Source: an uncultured delta proteobacterium
GTDB taxonomy: Bacteria; Desulfobacterota; Desulfobacteria; Desulfobacterales; JAHEIW01
Assembly (NCBI GenBank): GCA_963706575.1
Contig: CAVPNL010000005.1
Location: 32,001 to 96,000 of the forward strand
Length of the DNA stretch: 64,000 nucleotides
Direction: 5' to 3'
Shown here: positions 10,247 to 20,373 of the stretch, piece by piece
Layout of the letters: every line of letters begins with the position of its first letter
How positions within the stretch are numbered: position 1 is the first letter of the stretch
Position numbers and translations under genes: made by a program
The notes under the pieces: generated by a model
The model's database searches: none
What the model was told of the DNA's origin: nothing
Seen by the model: only the letters and a program-made list of their open reading frames with translations

Positions 10247-11018
10247 CTATTTGCCCTTGAAAACCGGTTGGCGTTTTTCCAGAAAGGCGCTGAAGCCTTC
10301 TTTGCAATCTTCAGACTGCCCGACGATTTTGCTGCCTTCTTCTTCGACTTTCAGGCCGGCGTCCAGGCCTTCATAGGCGCCGGATGCGATCGCTCGTAAA
10401 ACGCAGCTAACAGCCACCGGCGGTCTTGTTGCCAGCTTTTCGGCGAATGCCCGGGCATCATCCATAAGGCGCCCCGGCGCCGATACCTGATTGACTAAAC
10501 CGGTTTCCAATGCTTCGGTCGCGTTAATTTTGCGGCTGAACAGAATCATATCCAGCGCTTTTGCCTTTCCGACAAGCAGGGGCAAACGCTGGGTTCCGCC
10601 CCAGCCCGGGATAATGCCAAGATTCAGCTCGGTCAGGCCGACCATGGCCTGCGGCGTATTTACCATTATCCTGAATTGACAGCACATGGCCAGTTCCAGG
10701 CCGCCACCGAGGGCATAACCGTTGATAGCGGCAATGACCGGTTTCGGGAAAGCGGTCGATACGACGCCATAACTGCCGGGCTTTAGGGCTTGTTTGATGT
10801 GCATTGCGCGCATCACTGATGTCAAAGCCGGCTGAAAAACATTTTTCACCGGCGCCGGTGATGATGACCACGCGCACATCAGAATCGTTTTCAACCGCGT
10901 CCAACACCTGTTCAAAATCTTGCATCGTGGACCAGTTCCAGGCGTTGACCGGCGGGTGGTTGATAGTGATGGTTGCCATATATTTTTGTTTTGTCAGAAT
11001 GATGTTATCCAGTTGCAT
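10247..11018 (-). pseudogene. Enoyl-CoA hydratase/isomerase, single frameshift near 10748 (possibly a sequencing error)
   Basis: MQLDNIILTK...NHPPVN...FSAGFDI in one frame; FPKPVIAAINGYALGGGLELA...GIIPGWGGTQRL in the next. AGGAG RBS before ATG 11018. Confidence 0.87.
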
Positions 11019-11094
11019 GAATAGACTCCTTAGGATTTTACAGAATAAACCAAGGGGCTCCTGAACTCGCGGCGGCTGAACCCCAAACCAGTTG

Positions 11095-12340
11095 TCATCC
11101 AGTTCTCTCGAACACCGCCGCGATTCCAAGACCGCCGCCGCCGCAAATACATTCAAGCCCGAGGCGCGCGTCGCGGCGTTTCATCTCGTGCAGCAGCGTT
11201 ACCAGGACCCGGGTTCCGGTGCAGGCGACGGGATGCCCGAGTGAAATGCCCGAGCCGTTTACGTTGACCTTACCGTAATCTTTTGGCTTCACACCCATGT
11301 CCTTTAGATCAGCCACCACCTGGGCTGCGAAGGCTTCCTGGATCTCGATGATATCGATCTGATCGAGGGAAACACCAGCCGAATTTAACGCCTTTTTGAG
11401 CCGCCAGCTGAACGGTTCGATAGGTATAGCGGGGGTCATCGCCGACAACCACACAGGATCTAAGACCGGCCAGTGGCGCCAGCTTTAAATTCGCAGCTTT
11501 TTTTGCGGAAGCCACCACAACTGCCGCTGCCCCGTCGTTTTCGGTGGACGAGTTTCCGGCGGTACACACGCCGCCCAATACCGGTTTAAGCCGGCTGAGC
11601 TTTTCGAGGGTGGTATCCGGACGCGGATTTTCATCACCGTCGACGATCACGGATTCTCCTCTGGCCTGAGGAACGGATACCGGTATGATTTCATCTTTGA
11701 ATTTGCCGGATTGCATTGCGGTACAGGCCTTCTGCTGACTTTCAAGCGCCCATTGATCGCAGGCTTCTCGGGTGATGCCTTCTTCTTGGGCAGCGGTTTC
11801 AGCCCAGGTCATCATCGCCGGCAGGATCCCGTATCGCGCTTCGGGCTGAGACATCACCCGGGCTCTTTGAATACGATCATAGAAGGGCAGACCCCACGTG
11901 CTTAAATCTCCGTGGCCCCTCGGCCGCCCCTGACTTCCACCGATACCCCATTTGATGTTACCGGGAAGATAAAATTCAGCATTGCTCATGCTTTCGACAC
12001 CTCCGGCCACAACAATTTCCGCCTGACCGGACTGGATCAGTGCGGCTGCCAGGCGCACCACGTCCAGGCCGGTGCAGCAGCGCCTGTCAATCGTAATTCC
12101 CGGTATGGATTCAGGCCAGCCGGCTGTAAGCAATGCCATGCGGGCAATATTGACATATTCGCCGTTCTGGTACGACTGCCCCAGAATGACCTCATCCACT
12201 TCGTCAGGGTTGATGTTTACCCTTTTTACAACCGCGTCCAGCACCAATGCCGCCAGATCGTAGGCCTCGACAGTTTTAAGTGCCCCCATATAACGTCCGA
12301 CCGGGGTTCTTACCGCACTTAGAATAACCGCTTGATTCAT
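11095..12340 (-). pseudogene. Acetyl-CoA C-acyltransferase (thiolase), frameshift near 11390-11412
   Basis: RTPVG, DRRCCTG, AGGVESMS, TAGNSS in the first frame; EIQEAFAA, NVNGSGISLGHP, CGGGG in the second. Confidence 0.88.
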
Positions 12341-13500
12341 CAAGATTCTCCTTTTAAAAGATTCCGCGAAATGATCAGACGCTGGATTTCGCTGGTTCCC
12401 TCAAATATCCGATATAGTCTGACATCCCGCAAATACATCTCAATTTGAGAGCTTTTCAGGTAACCTTCATCTTCAAAAATATCCATCGTTTTATCTGCGA
12501 TGCGGCTGGCCGTTTCCGTACAAAAGAGTTTCACCATCGAGGCTTCATGGGCGACGTTGTTACCCTGGTCTCTGAGCCATGCCGAATGGTGGAGCATTTG
12601 CCGGGCGGCATAAATATCGGTTGCCATATCTGCCAGCGTGAACCGGTTTGACTGCATCTCATCTGCGGGAACACCGGCTTTAATTTTACTTTTGAGCCGT
12701 TGTATGCAGAGCTCCAAAAGCTTTTGTGAAGCGCCCAAGGCAGCCGCCCCAATTGTCAATCTTCCCTTATCCAGCACCCGCATTGCCGTCTTAAAACCCT
12801 GACCCACCATGCGCATGCCCCCAATTACATTTTCTTTCGGGACCCGACAGTTTCGAAAAATCAATTCATTTGTCAGAGAGCCGCGCATGCCCATCTTTTG
12901 ATCCGGATTGCCAATCGTAAACCCAGGCATGTCCCTTTCGATGATAAAAGCCGTAAATCCCCCCCGGGTGCGCTTGTTTTCATCCGCAACTCCGATGGTT
13001 GTAAAAATATCGGCACAGCCCCCGTTGGTAATAAAAAGCTTTGTGCCGTTTAAAATCCAGAAATCTCCTTCCAATACAGCATTTGTGCAGATCCGGGCGG
13101 CATCTGAACCTGCATTCGGTTCTGTCAGCGCAAAGGCCGCCGTCGATTGGCCTGATGCAATGCGGGGAAGGTACTTCTTTTTCTGTTCCTCGGTTCCGTC
13201 AAACAATATCCCCATAGACCCGATACCGTTGTTGGTACCGATTCTTGACCGAAAACAGGCATTGGCCCGGGTCATTTCTTCGTAAACCAGTACTTCTCCC
13301 AAGGTTGAAAGCCCTAAACCGCCGTATTTTTCGGGGATTGAAAGACCGAATAGGCCCAGCCGCCTCATCTCCTCCACAATTTCTTCAGGTATGGTGCCTT
13401 TTTTTTCCACCTGCAAGGATATCGGGTCTAAGCGCTCCTTAACAAAGGTTCTCACCGTTTCAATGAGATCGAGTTGCTTTGCGGGAATCGTATATTCCAT
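12340..13500 (-). CDS. Acyl-CoA dehydrogenase
   Basis: FALTEPNAGSDA, NGTKLFITNG, KMGMRG, RIFEGTSEIQR. Confidence 0.95.
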   Translation of the reverse strand: MEYTIPAKQLDLIETVRTFVKERLDPISLQVEKKGTIPEEIVEEMRRLGLFGLSIPEKYGGLGLSTLGEVLVYEEMTRANACFRSRIGTNNGIGSMGILFDGTEEQKKKYLPRIASGQSTAAFALTEPNAGSDAARICTNAVLEGDFWILNGTKLFITNGGCADIFTTIGVADENKRTRGGFTAFIIERDMPGFTIGNPDQKMGMRGSLTNELIFRNCRVPKENVIGGMRMVGQGFKTAMRVLDKGRLTIGAAALGASQKLLELCIQRLKSKIKAGVPADEMQSNRFTLADMATDIYAARQMLHHSAWLRDQGNNVAHEASMVKLFCTETASRIADKTMDIFEDEGYLKSSQIEMYLRDVRLYRIFEGTSEIQRLIISRNLLKGES

Positions 13501-13502
13501 AT

Positions 13503-13806
13503 TAGAAGCTATCTCAAAATTAGCAGTTCATCTTTGAAGACAGAGAAAAAAAGTTCCAAAGGTGCTCTAAAATTAGAAATGCCTAAAATGACTAAAATGA
13601 GCTAAAGTGCCTAAAGTTATGGTTTCGCTGCGCTCCATCTTTTATTTAATATGATCGTTCGCCCCAGAGGCTCTCGAAGGTTAGAATTCCTCAATTTTAG
13701 GCATTTTAGATCATTTTTAATTTTAGCTCATTTGTTGTTGTAAGCACCTTTTATAGGTTTAAAACTTTACTATCGGGTGTTAAATGTATTTTTGAGATAG
13801 CTTCTA
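13503..13806. mobile_element. MITE-like element family B with nested repeats
   Basis: Perfect 17-bp TIRs TAGAAGCTATCTCAAAA/TTTTGAGATAGCTTCTA. Related single ends occur at 14921-14937 and 24152-24167. Confidence 0.8.
13567..13732. repeat. Inverted (CTAAARTGn)n/(CAYTTTAG)n repeat cassette
   Basis: GCCTAAAATGACTAAAATGAGCTAAAGTGCCTAAAGTT...AATTTTAGGCATTTTAGATCATTTTTAATTTTAGCTCATT. Same family at 31071-31203 and 51268-51307. Confidence 0.85.
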
Positions 13807-14691
13807 ACTTTTTTCTAAATTCTTAACTTTATTGCCGTCTTTGTCATACCGGTACCACCCCTTGCCGGTTTTGCGGCCCAGGTGACCGGCCTTAACCTTG
13901 CGCCTTAACAAAAGGGGCGGGTACCAGCGGGAGTCTCCAGTTTCCTTATACATGGCCATCAACGCACCATAGGTGACATCCAGCCCCACCATATCACCGG
14001 TCTCAAATATACCCATTTTTCTGCCGAGACCCAGCCTCAGGCCCTTGTCGACATCTTGAATGGAGACCACACCCTGTTCGACTAACTTCATGGCCTCGAT
14101 CGTGGAAGGAAAGTTGATTCGATTGATAGCAAATCCGGGTACATCCCGATTCACCATGATGGCTTCTTTGCCGATCTTTTTAACAAAGTCCCCCCCGGCT
14201 TTAGCGGTTTCATCTGTTGTCGAAATTCCTTTGATGACTTCCACCACCTGCATCATGGGGACCGGACTGAAAAAATGCAGTCCCAGAACCTTAGCGGCGC
14301 GATGGGTCACAGCAGCCAGGTCGCTGATGGGTATGGCCGAAGTGTTGCTGGCCAGCAGCGTATGCGGTGCGCACGATTGGTCAAGTTCCTCAAAGATTTG
14401 CTGTTTAAGTTCAAGTTGCTCGAACACCGCTTCGATTGCCAGGTCGATGTCTTTGGCTGAACCCAGATCTGTGATCGGGGTGATACGATCGATGATGGCT
14501 TCCTTTTTCTCAGCCAATTTGCCTTTTTCAATGAACTTGCCCACCGACCATTCGATGTTTTTGATGGCTTTATCGAGGGCCTCCCGGGAGACATCGTTCA
14601 AAAATACATGAATACCGGCCTGAGCGCACACCTGGGCAATACCGCTGCCCATCAATCCGGAACCAACGACAATCACTTTTTTTATTTCCAT
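13804..14691 (-). CDS. 3-hydroxyacyl-CoA (3-hydroxybutyryl-CoA) dehydrogenase
   Basis: VVGSGLMGSGIA, ASNTS, GLHFFSP, GFAINR, GHLGRKTGKGWY. GGAGG RBS before ATG 14691. Confidence 0.95.
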   Translation of the reverse strand: MEIKKVIVVGSGLMGSGIAQVCAQAGIHVFLNDVSREALDKAIKNIEWSVGKFIEKGKLAEKKEAIIDRITPITDLGSAKDIDLAIEAVFEQLELKQQIFEELDQSCAPHTLLASNTSAIPISDLAAVTHRAAKVLGLHFFSPVPMMQVVEVIKGISTTDETAKAGGDFVKKIGKEAIMVNRDVPGFAINRINFPSTIEAMKLVEQGVVSIQDVDKGLRLGLGRKMGIFETGDMVGLDVTYGALMAMYKETGDSRWYPPLLLRRKVKAGHLGRKTGKGWYRYDKDGNKVKNLEKS

Positions 14692-14934
14692 GGCGTTCCT
14701 CCAAGGGGTTTTAGGTAGTCCGGTTAAGCCAGTTGAATTCGGGAAAATGTCTGATTTAATTTTTTTACGGGCAAACAGGCTAACGGGCCAATGGAACAAA
14801 GCGCTCAACCGATATCCTGTGGTCATTTTGAGCTGTGCCGATGAACTCCTTAATGTTCATAAAAATTGATGTGAATTCCCGCTTTGACGGGGCAACACAG
14901 CCATGAGCACCCAGACGTATTTTTGAGATGGATT

Positions 14935-15100
14935 CTAGTATTGTGTCCTACAAATAAGTTAAAAAATGATTGTCACTCCCGCGCAGGCGGGAGTCCAGTT
15001 CAAAGACGCCTGGATTCCCGCCTGCGCGGGAATGACGGATGGATAGCACACCTCAGAACTTAATAATATTTTTGGCAATATTTCTAGGACACAACACTAG
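14935..15100. mobile_element. MITE-like element family C with a REP/dRS3-like dimer core
   Basis: TIRs CTAGTATTGTGTCCTACAAATA/TATTTCTAGGACACAACACTAG match at 20/22. Core palindromic dimer at 14972-15036. Confidence 0.85.
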
Positions 15101-15846
15101 AGACCCAGGTAGGTTTTACGCAGGACCTCATCTTGCAGCAATTGCTCGCCGGTGCCTTCGGCAATGATCTTGCCGGAAGAAAGGACATAATTGCGGGAAG
15201 CCATTTTAAAGACCGTGCTGACCTCCTGTTCCACAAGCAGGATCGTGATTCCCAGATTTTGGATTTCCGCAATCTTTTCAAATACCTCGGCTCGAAGAAT
15301 CGGAGCCAGTCCGGTGGACGGTTCATCGATGCACAAAAGCTTCGGGCCCGACATCAAGGCGCGACCGATGGCGAGCATTTGCTGCTCGCCGCCGGACAGT
15401 GTTCCCGAAATTTGTTTTGAGCGCGCCTTCAAGACCGGGAACAACTGATAGACGCTTTCCAGGTTTTTTTGAATCTGGCTGCTGTCTTTGTCCAGATAAG
15501 CGCCGGCACGCAGATTGTCCAGAACCGACATCTCACGAAACGGGCGTCGGCGTTCGGGGCAATGAATCAAGCCTTTTTTGACAATGTTGTGGGCCGGAAT
15601 TTTATCGATCCTTTCACCCATAAAGCGGATGGTTCCTTCGATGGAGATGTCTTCCTTGGCAGATCGACGGGTGATCTCCTTTTCCCAGTTTACCAGGCCG
15701 GTGATGGCTCTGAGCAGAGTGGATTTTCCGGCGCCATTGGGGCCCACCAGACTGACGAGTTCTCCTTCATCAACCCCCATACTCAGATTGTTAATCAGCA
15801 CCGCCTTGTCGTAACAAACCGTCAAATTGGCAACTTCAAGCAACAA
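15097..15846 (-). CDS. Branched-chain amino acid-type ABC transporter ATP-binding protein (LivF-like)
   Basis: GPNGAGKST, LSGGEQQMLAIGRAL, DEPSTGLAP. Confidence 0.93.
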   Translation of the reverse strand: MLLEVANLTVCYDKAVLINNLSMGVDEGELVSLVGPNGAGKSTLLRAITGLVNWEKEITRRSAKEDISIEGTIRFMGERIDKIPAHNIVKKGLIHCPERRRPFREMSVLDNLRAGAYLDKDSSQIQKNLESVYQLFPVLKARSKQISGTLSGGEQQMLAIGRALMSGPKLLCIDEPSTGLAPILRAEVFEKIAEIQNLGITILLVEQEVSTVFKMASRNYVLSSGKIIAEGTGEQLLQDEVLRKTYLGL

Positions 15847-15848
15847 GA

Positions 15849-16616
15849 TTAAATACCCCCTTCACCCAGGTAGGCCTCGATGACCTGTGGGTCGTTGACA
15901 ACTTCCTGCGGTGTTCCCGCGGCGATGATGGTTCCGAAGTTGAGCACGATAATCCGATCAACGATTTTCATCAACTGCTGCAGCTTGTGCTCGACAATAA
16001 TCATGGCCGGTCCTTCGCTGTGCAAGCGCCCGAAGCGGCCGCCTTTGTGGAGTCTTTTGATGGACTTGGCCATCAGTTCCGTCTCCGCCGGGCTCAATCC
16101 GCCAAACGGTTCATCCAAAAGGAGCAAATCGGGCTCGGTGGCAATGGCCCGGGCGACCTCCAGCCGTTTCAGGTCGCCCTGGGAAAGGGTTGCGGCTTTC
16201 TCCAAAGCCATATCGGATATGCCCGCAAACTCCAGTGCATCCATGGCCTTGGCTTCCACGCGTTTAACCCACTCGCCGCGTTTCATGGCCCGGGGACACA
16301 GGCAGGAGACCATGACATTGGCAATAATCGGCAGGCGGCGAAACGGCCGCATGTTCTGAAACGTACAGGCGATGCCCAGATTGACGATGTCCCATGTTTT
16401 TTTGCCGACGATTTCTTTACCTTTGAAACGAACACTGCCTTCATCCGGTTTCAAAATCCCGGTGATCAGGCGCAGCAGGGTTGTTTTGCCCGCACCGTTG
16501 GGTCCGATTAAACCGATAATTTCATGTCGACCCATTGAAAAGCTGGCGCTGTTGACCGCCCGCAGCCCACCGAATTCCTTCGTCAGTTCTTCAGTTTCCA
16601 AAAACGGCTGGCTCAT
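15849..16616 (-). CDS. Branched-chain amino acid-type ABC transporter ATP-binding protein (LivG-like)
   Basis: FGGLRAV, GPNGAGKTT, LLLLDEP, VIEAYLG. Confidence 0.93.
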   Translation of the reverse strand: MSQPFLETEELTKEFGGLRAVNSASFSMGRHEIIGLIGPNGAGKTTLLRLITGILKPDEGSVRFKGKEIVGKKTWDIVNLGIACTFQNMRPFRRLPIIANVMVSCLCPRAMKRGEWVKRVEAKAMDALEFAGISDMALEKAATLSQGDLKRLEVARAIATEPDLLLLDEPFGGLSPAETELMAKSIKRLHKGGRFGRLHSEGPAMIIVEHKLQQLMKIVDRIIVLNFGTIIAAGTPQEVVNDPQVIEAYLGEGGI

Positions 16617-16617
16617 G

Positions 16618-18344
16618 TCAGGCTTCCTCCGCCTCTTCCCTCAGTTCCCGACGTGATATTTTGCCCACATCGGTTTTTGGCAGCTCACCTCTAAATTCAA
16701 TAATTTTAGGTACCTTATAGTGGGCCAGGTTCTGGCGGCAAAATTCAAAAATTTCTTCTTCGGAAATTTTGCCGCGCGCTTCGCTCTGCAAAACCACGTA
16801 GGCTTTAATTTGTTGCCCCACAGCCGGATCCGGTACACCGACAACGCCGGCCGCTTTTATCTGCGGGTGCTTGTAAAGAACCTCTTCCACATGCCGGGCA
16901 AATACCGAATATCCTTTATATTTGATCAGGTCTCTTTTGCGATCAAAGAAGTAAAAATACCCTTCCTCATCCATACGAACCAGATCTCCGGTTCGGAGCC
17001 ACTGTTTTCCATCAATCTCAACAAATGATTCGGCCTTGGGTTTCTCCGGCCGCTTCCAGTAGCCCTGCATGATATTCGGACCTTGCAGAATCAGTTCACC
17101 ATCTTCGCCGACGGGTTTAAATTCCAGTCCCCTCAATGATCAACGATCGCCGCGCTGACATCCGGGCAACGGGTACTCCGAACGAACCCGCTCTTGGGTC
17201 TGTTATAGGGACTGCTGTGGTTTACGGCGGTTGTTTCGGTCATGCCATACCTTCTAATATCTTGGTGCCGGTCCGCGCGCTCCCAAGCTTTTAATCGTGG
17301 ATTCGTGCAGGGTGTCCGCGCCGCAGCCAATGATTTTGAGTCTCTTCCAGTTGACGTGGTCTGTTTTTTCATACTCTTTAAGGTACTCATACAAAGTGGG
17401 TACACCCAGAAAAGTGCGGAGGCCTTATACCGTTCCATGGCCGTGAGGATGCTCATCGATGTCCGGCGTGGTGAAAAGGACGAGGGTGTGCACCCTGAAC
17501 CAGCCGTTGAGCATCATCACAACACCTGCCCGTAAATATGAAAAAACGGTAGAAAGGCGATAACCACCTCTTGCCCCTTCAAAAAGGGCCAGAAGGCTGA
17601 CCTGTGCCTGCAGAGGACCATAGTTGCAATGGGTCAATACCGCTGCCTTGGGCAGTCCGGTGGTTCCGCCGGTATAGGGCAGGGCGGCGATATCTTTTCT
17701 CGGGTCAATCTCGATTTGAGGTGGCTGTGGTGGATATTTCTTAATCAGAGCTTGAAATTGATGAAGACCGGCCTTTTCCATGACCTTGGGGGCGGTACGT
17801 GCATTTCACCGTAGGCCTTGCCCAAGGCAGCTTTTGCCAAACAATCTTCTTAAGGGGCGGCAGGTATTCGCGATATTGGTGAGAATGACATTGTTCAGAA
17901 GGCGATACCGGTCTTTTCCACGTTATCATAGAGGATATCTTCGACAGACAATGGTTTTGGCACTCACTGTCCTCGATCTGATGCTTTGACCTCTTTGCTG
18001 GTGTACACCGGACTGATCGGCGTGACTTTGGCGCCAACCTTCAGGGCACAAATAGGCAATGATATACTGGGGACAATTCAGAAGATAAAGTGCTACCGTG
18101 TCGCCCTTTGACCACGCCGAGATCGATCCAGAGCCGACGCAAAACGATCGGTCAGCTCTTTAAGTTTGCCGTAGTTGAATCTTTTTGCCGTAAAAAATCA
18201 GACGCGAGTGTTGCTCTGTATTGATTTGCCATCTGATCAAACACATCCGGTACGGATATTTCGGGAACTATCCACCTCTTGCGGAACACCTTCGGGGTAG
18301 AACTTTAACCAGGGTTTGGACATGTAAACATCTTTGGGGTCCAT
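16618..18344 (-). pseudogene. Long-chain fatty-acid--CoA ligase with many frameshifts between ~17130 and ~18270
   Basis: Fragments in different frames: MDPKDVYMSKPWLKFYPEGVP (ATG 18344, GAGG RBS), YTGGTTGLPKA, YGMTET, and an intact C-terminus WLRTGD...DRKRDLIKYKG...LPKTDVGK. Confidence 0.88.
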
Positions 18345-18389
18345 TGCTAACCTCGCAGCTGTTTTGCAGTGAAAATTTCTCGGTCTTTG

Positions 18390-19430
18390 CTATTCAATCT
18401 CCGCCGCACATATGCGGCAGGTTTTGCGTGTGGCGATATTTCTAATTTTGCAGCGCGGGCATTCGGTTTCGATTTTATCGCGTATCCACGGGAGCAATCC
18501 CTCCGGCATGTAAAGCAGGATGATCAAGATGACGAAAGCAAACAAAAGCAGTCGGATTTCCGGCCAGAACCGGAAGAATTCCAGTAAGGGAAATAAAATA
18601 AAGACGGCTCCCACCGGTCCCCAGATGCTTACCACGCCGCCGAACACCGACCAGATCACCACCTGAAAGGACATGGAAACTTCCAGGGTTGAGGGCCCGG
18701 CGATCCGCATGTAGTGCGCATAAAGGCCCCCGGCGATGCCGGCAAAAAAACCGCTGAGGCAAAATGCCAGCAATTTATAGCGGGTGGTGTTAATGCCGGA
18801 CGCTCTGACCGCGACCTCATCCTCCCGGATGGCATGAAATATAATACCGGTATTTGAATCGGTGATCTTCCACATAATGACCACCAGCGCGATCATGAGT
18901 GTTACGATAATATAGAAAGACACCACGCGGGACTTGGCCAGGCGCTCGAGGCCTGAAAGCCCGAGCTCGCCTCCGGTAATATCCGGCAGGGCGAAAACAA
19001 TGCCCATCAAGATGATCGGAAATGCCAGGGTGGTTAGCGCCAGATACGTGCCGCGCAGCCGCAAACACGGAATGCCGATAACCAGACCGGCCAGAACGGC
19101 TGCCAGTGCCCCCAGCGGAATCGTGCCCCATGGGGGGATATGAAAATGCAGGTTCAAAAGCGCCGTCGTATAGCAGCTGACACCAAAAAACAGCGCGTGG
19201 CCAAAATTCATCTGACCGGTAAAGCCCGACAAAAGGTCCCAGCTGGCGGCGAAAATCGCAAATATACTGGCCAGGGTAAGAATGCGCAACAAGTAGGGAT
19301 CTTCGATCAGGATGGGAAAAACCAATAGCACCGCAAAAAAAACAAGCACGACGATTCGGCTGGGCAAAACAAATATTTCGCCTCTAACAATCGTGACCAG
19401 CTTGCGCAGATAGAAACCCAGCAGTCCCAT
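18390..19430 (-). CDS. Branched-chain amino acid-type ABC transporter permease (LivM-like) with a C-terminal zinc-ribbon motif
   Basis: GQMNFGHALFFG, RLRGTYLALTT, AIREDE. The tail reads CPRC...CRIC. Confidence 0.92.
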   Translation of the reverse strand: MGLLGFYLRKLVTIVRGEIFVLPSRIVVLVFFAVLLVFPILIEDPYLLRILTLASIFAIFAASWDLLSGFTGQMNFGHALFFGVSCYTTALLNLHFHIPPWGTIPLGALAAVLAGLVIGIPCLRLRGTYLALTTLAFPIILMGIVFALPDITGGELGLSGLERLAKSRVVSFYIIVTLMIALVVIMWKITDSNTGIIFHAIREDEVAVRASGINTTRYKLLAFCLSGFFAGIAGGLYAHYMRIAGPSTLEVSMSFQVVIWSVFGGVVSIWGPVGAVFILFPLLEFFRFWPEIRLLLFAFVILIILLYMPEGLLPWIRDKIETECPRCKIRNIATRKTCRICAAEIE

Positions 19431-19432
19431 AA

Positions 19433-20302
19433 TTATCTTTCTTCTTCAAATGCAATACCGAAAAGGCCTTCGGGCCGCAGCAACAGCACCAGAATCATGA
19501 TGGATAAGGCCACCGATTCCCTTAAAAAGGCGCCCTTGGGAATCAAAAAGACCACCAAAGCCTCGGAAAACGCCAGAATATAAGCCCCCGTAAAACTTCC
19601 CTTCAGACTCCCCAGTCCGCCCAGAACCACGACGGCCATCATCATAATTAACGGCGCCATCCACATATGCGGATGGAGTACCGTAAGCGGTAACACCGCC
19701 GCACCGGTGAGCGCGGCCAGGGCAACGGAGATCACCAGCGTCAACATTGCCACCCGGGCCTCGTTCATGCCCATCAGGTTGGCCACTTCCCTGTCCTGAG
19801 CGGTGGCGCGAATGGCAAGCCCCAGCCGGGTTCTGGCTAAAAATGTCCACACAGCGGCCAGGATCACGCCGGCGGAGGCAATTGATAGCAGCTGTTGGTA
19901 GGCGATTTTAAGACCGGCAAATTCAAGATAACCGGGCACCAGCGGGGGGACGGTGCGAAAGTCGCCCGTAAAGATCAGCATCACAACTTCCTGAAAAACC
20001 ATTGCCAGGGCGATGGTGGCAATCAGCACAGCGGCCTCGTGCTCGCGGATGGGTTCGATAAAAAGCCGGTAACAGATCAATCCGAGCACCATCACCAGAA
20101 TGATGGCCATCAGCACAGCCAGTGCCGGATGAGCACCTATTCGGTGCGTGCCGTAAAAAATGCAGTAGGCAGCCACCATATAAAAGGCGGTGTGGGCGAT
20201 GTTGACGATGCGGGCCACACCGAAAATCAACGAGAATCCGATGGCCAGCAGGGCATAGGTGCTGCCGTTGATCAGGGTGGTCAGAATAATATCAGCTAGC
20301 AT
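19433..20302 (-). CDS. Branched-chain amino acid-type ABC transporter permease (LivH-like)
   Basis: YALLAIGFSLIFGV, GLAIRATAQD, VVLGGLGS. Confidence 0.93.
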   Translation of the reverse strand: MLADIILTTLINGSTYALLAIGFSLIFGVARIVNIAHTAFYMVAAYCIFYGTHRIGAHPALAVLMAIILVMVLGLICYRLFIEPIREHEAAVLIATIALAMVFQEVVMLIFTGDFRTVPPLVPGYLEFAGLKIAYQQLLSIASAGVILAAVWTFLARTRLGLAIRATAQDREVANLMGMNEARVAMLTLVISVALAALTGAAVLPLTVLHPHMWMAPLIMMMAVVVLGGLGSLKGSFTGAYILAFSEALVVFLIPKGAFLRESVALSIMILVLLLRPEGLFGIAFEEER

Positions 20303-20327
20303 ATTAAATCACCGGCTTTAAACTCTC

Positions 20328-20361
20328 CCCACCCCTTATTGCCAAGGCGAAAAGGGGTGGG
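20328..20361 (-). terminator. Stem-loop after the substrate-binding protein gene (attenuator or mRNA stabiliser)
   Basis: CCCACCCCTT...AAGGGGTGGG inverted repeat between the SBP and livH. Confidence 0.55.
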
Positions 20362-20373
20362 GTTTGATAAATG

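Noticed and set aside
10740..11412. Programmed ribosomal frameshifting in the hydratase and thiolase
   Set aside because: No convincing slippery site plus stimulator was seen, and the many other indels nearby point to error or decay.
14692..14826. N-terminal extensions given by the ORF track (also 2569, 3551, 5560, 10307, 11156, 50617)
   Set aside because: Family homology begins at downstream ATGs, most of which have clear RBSs.
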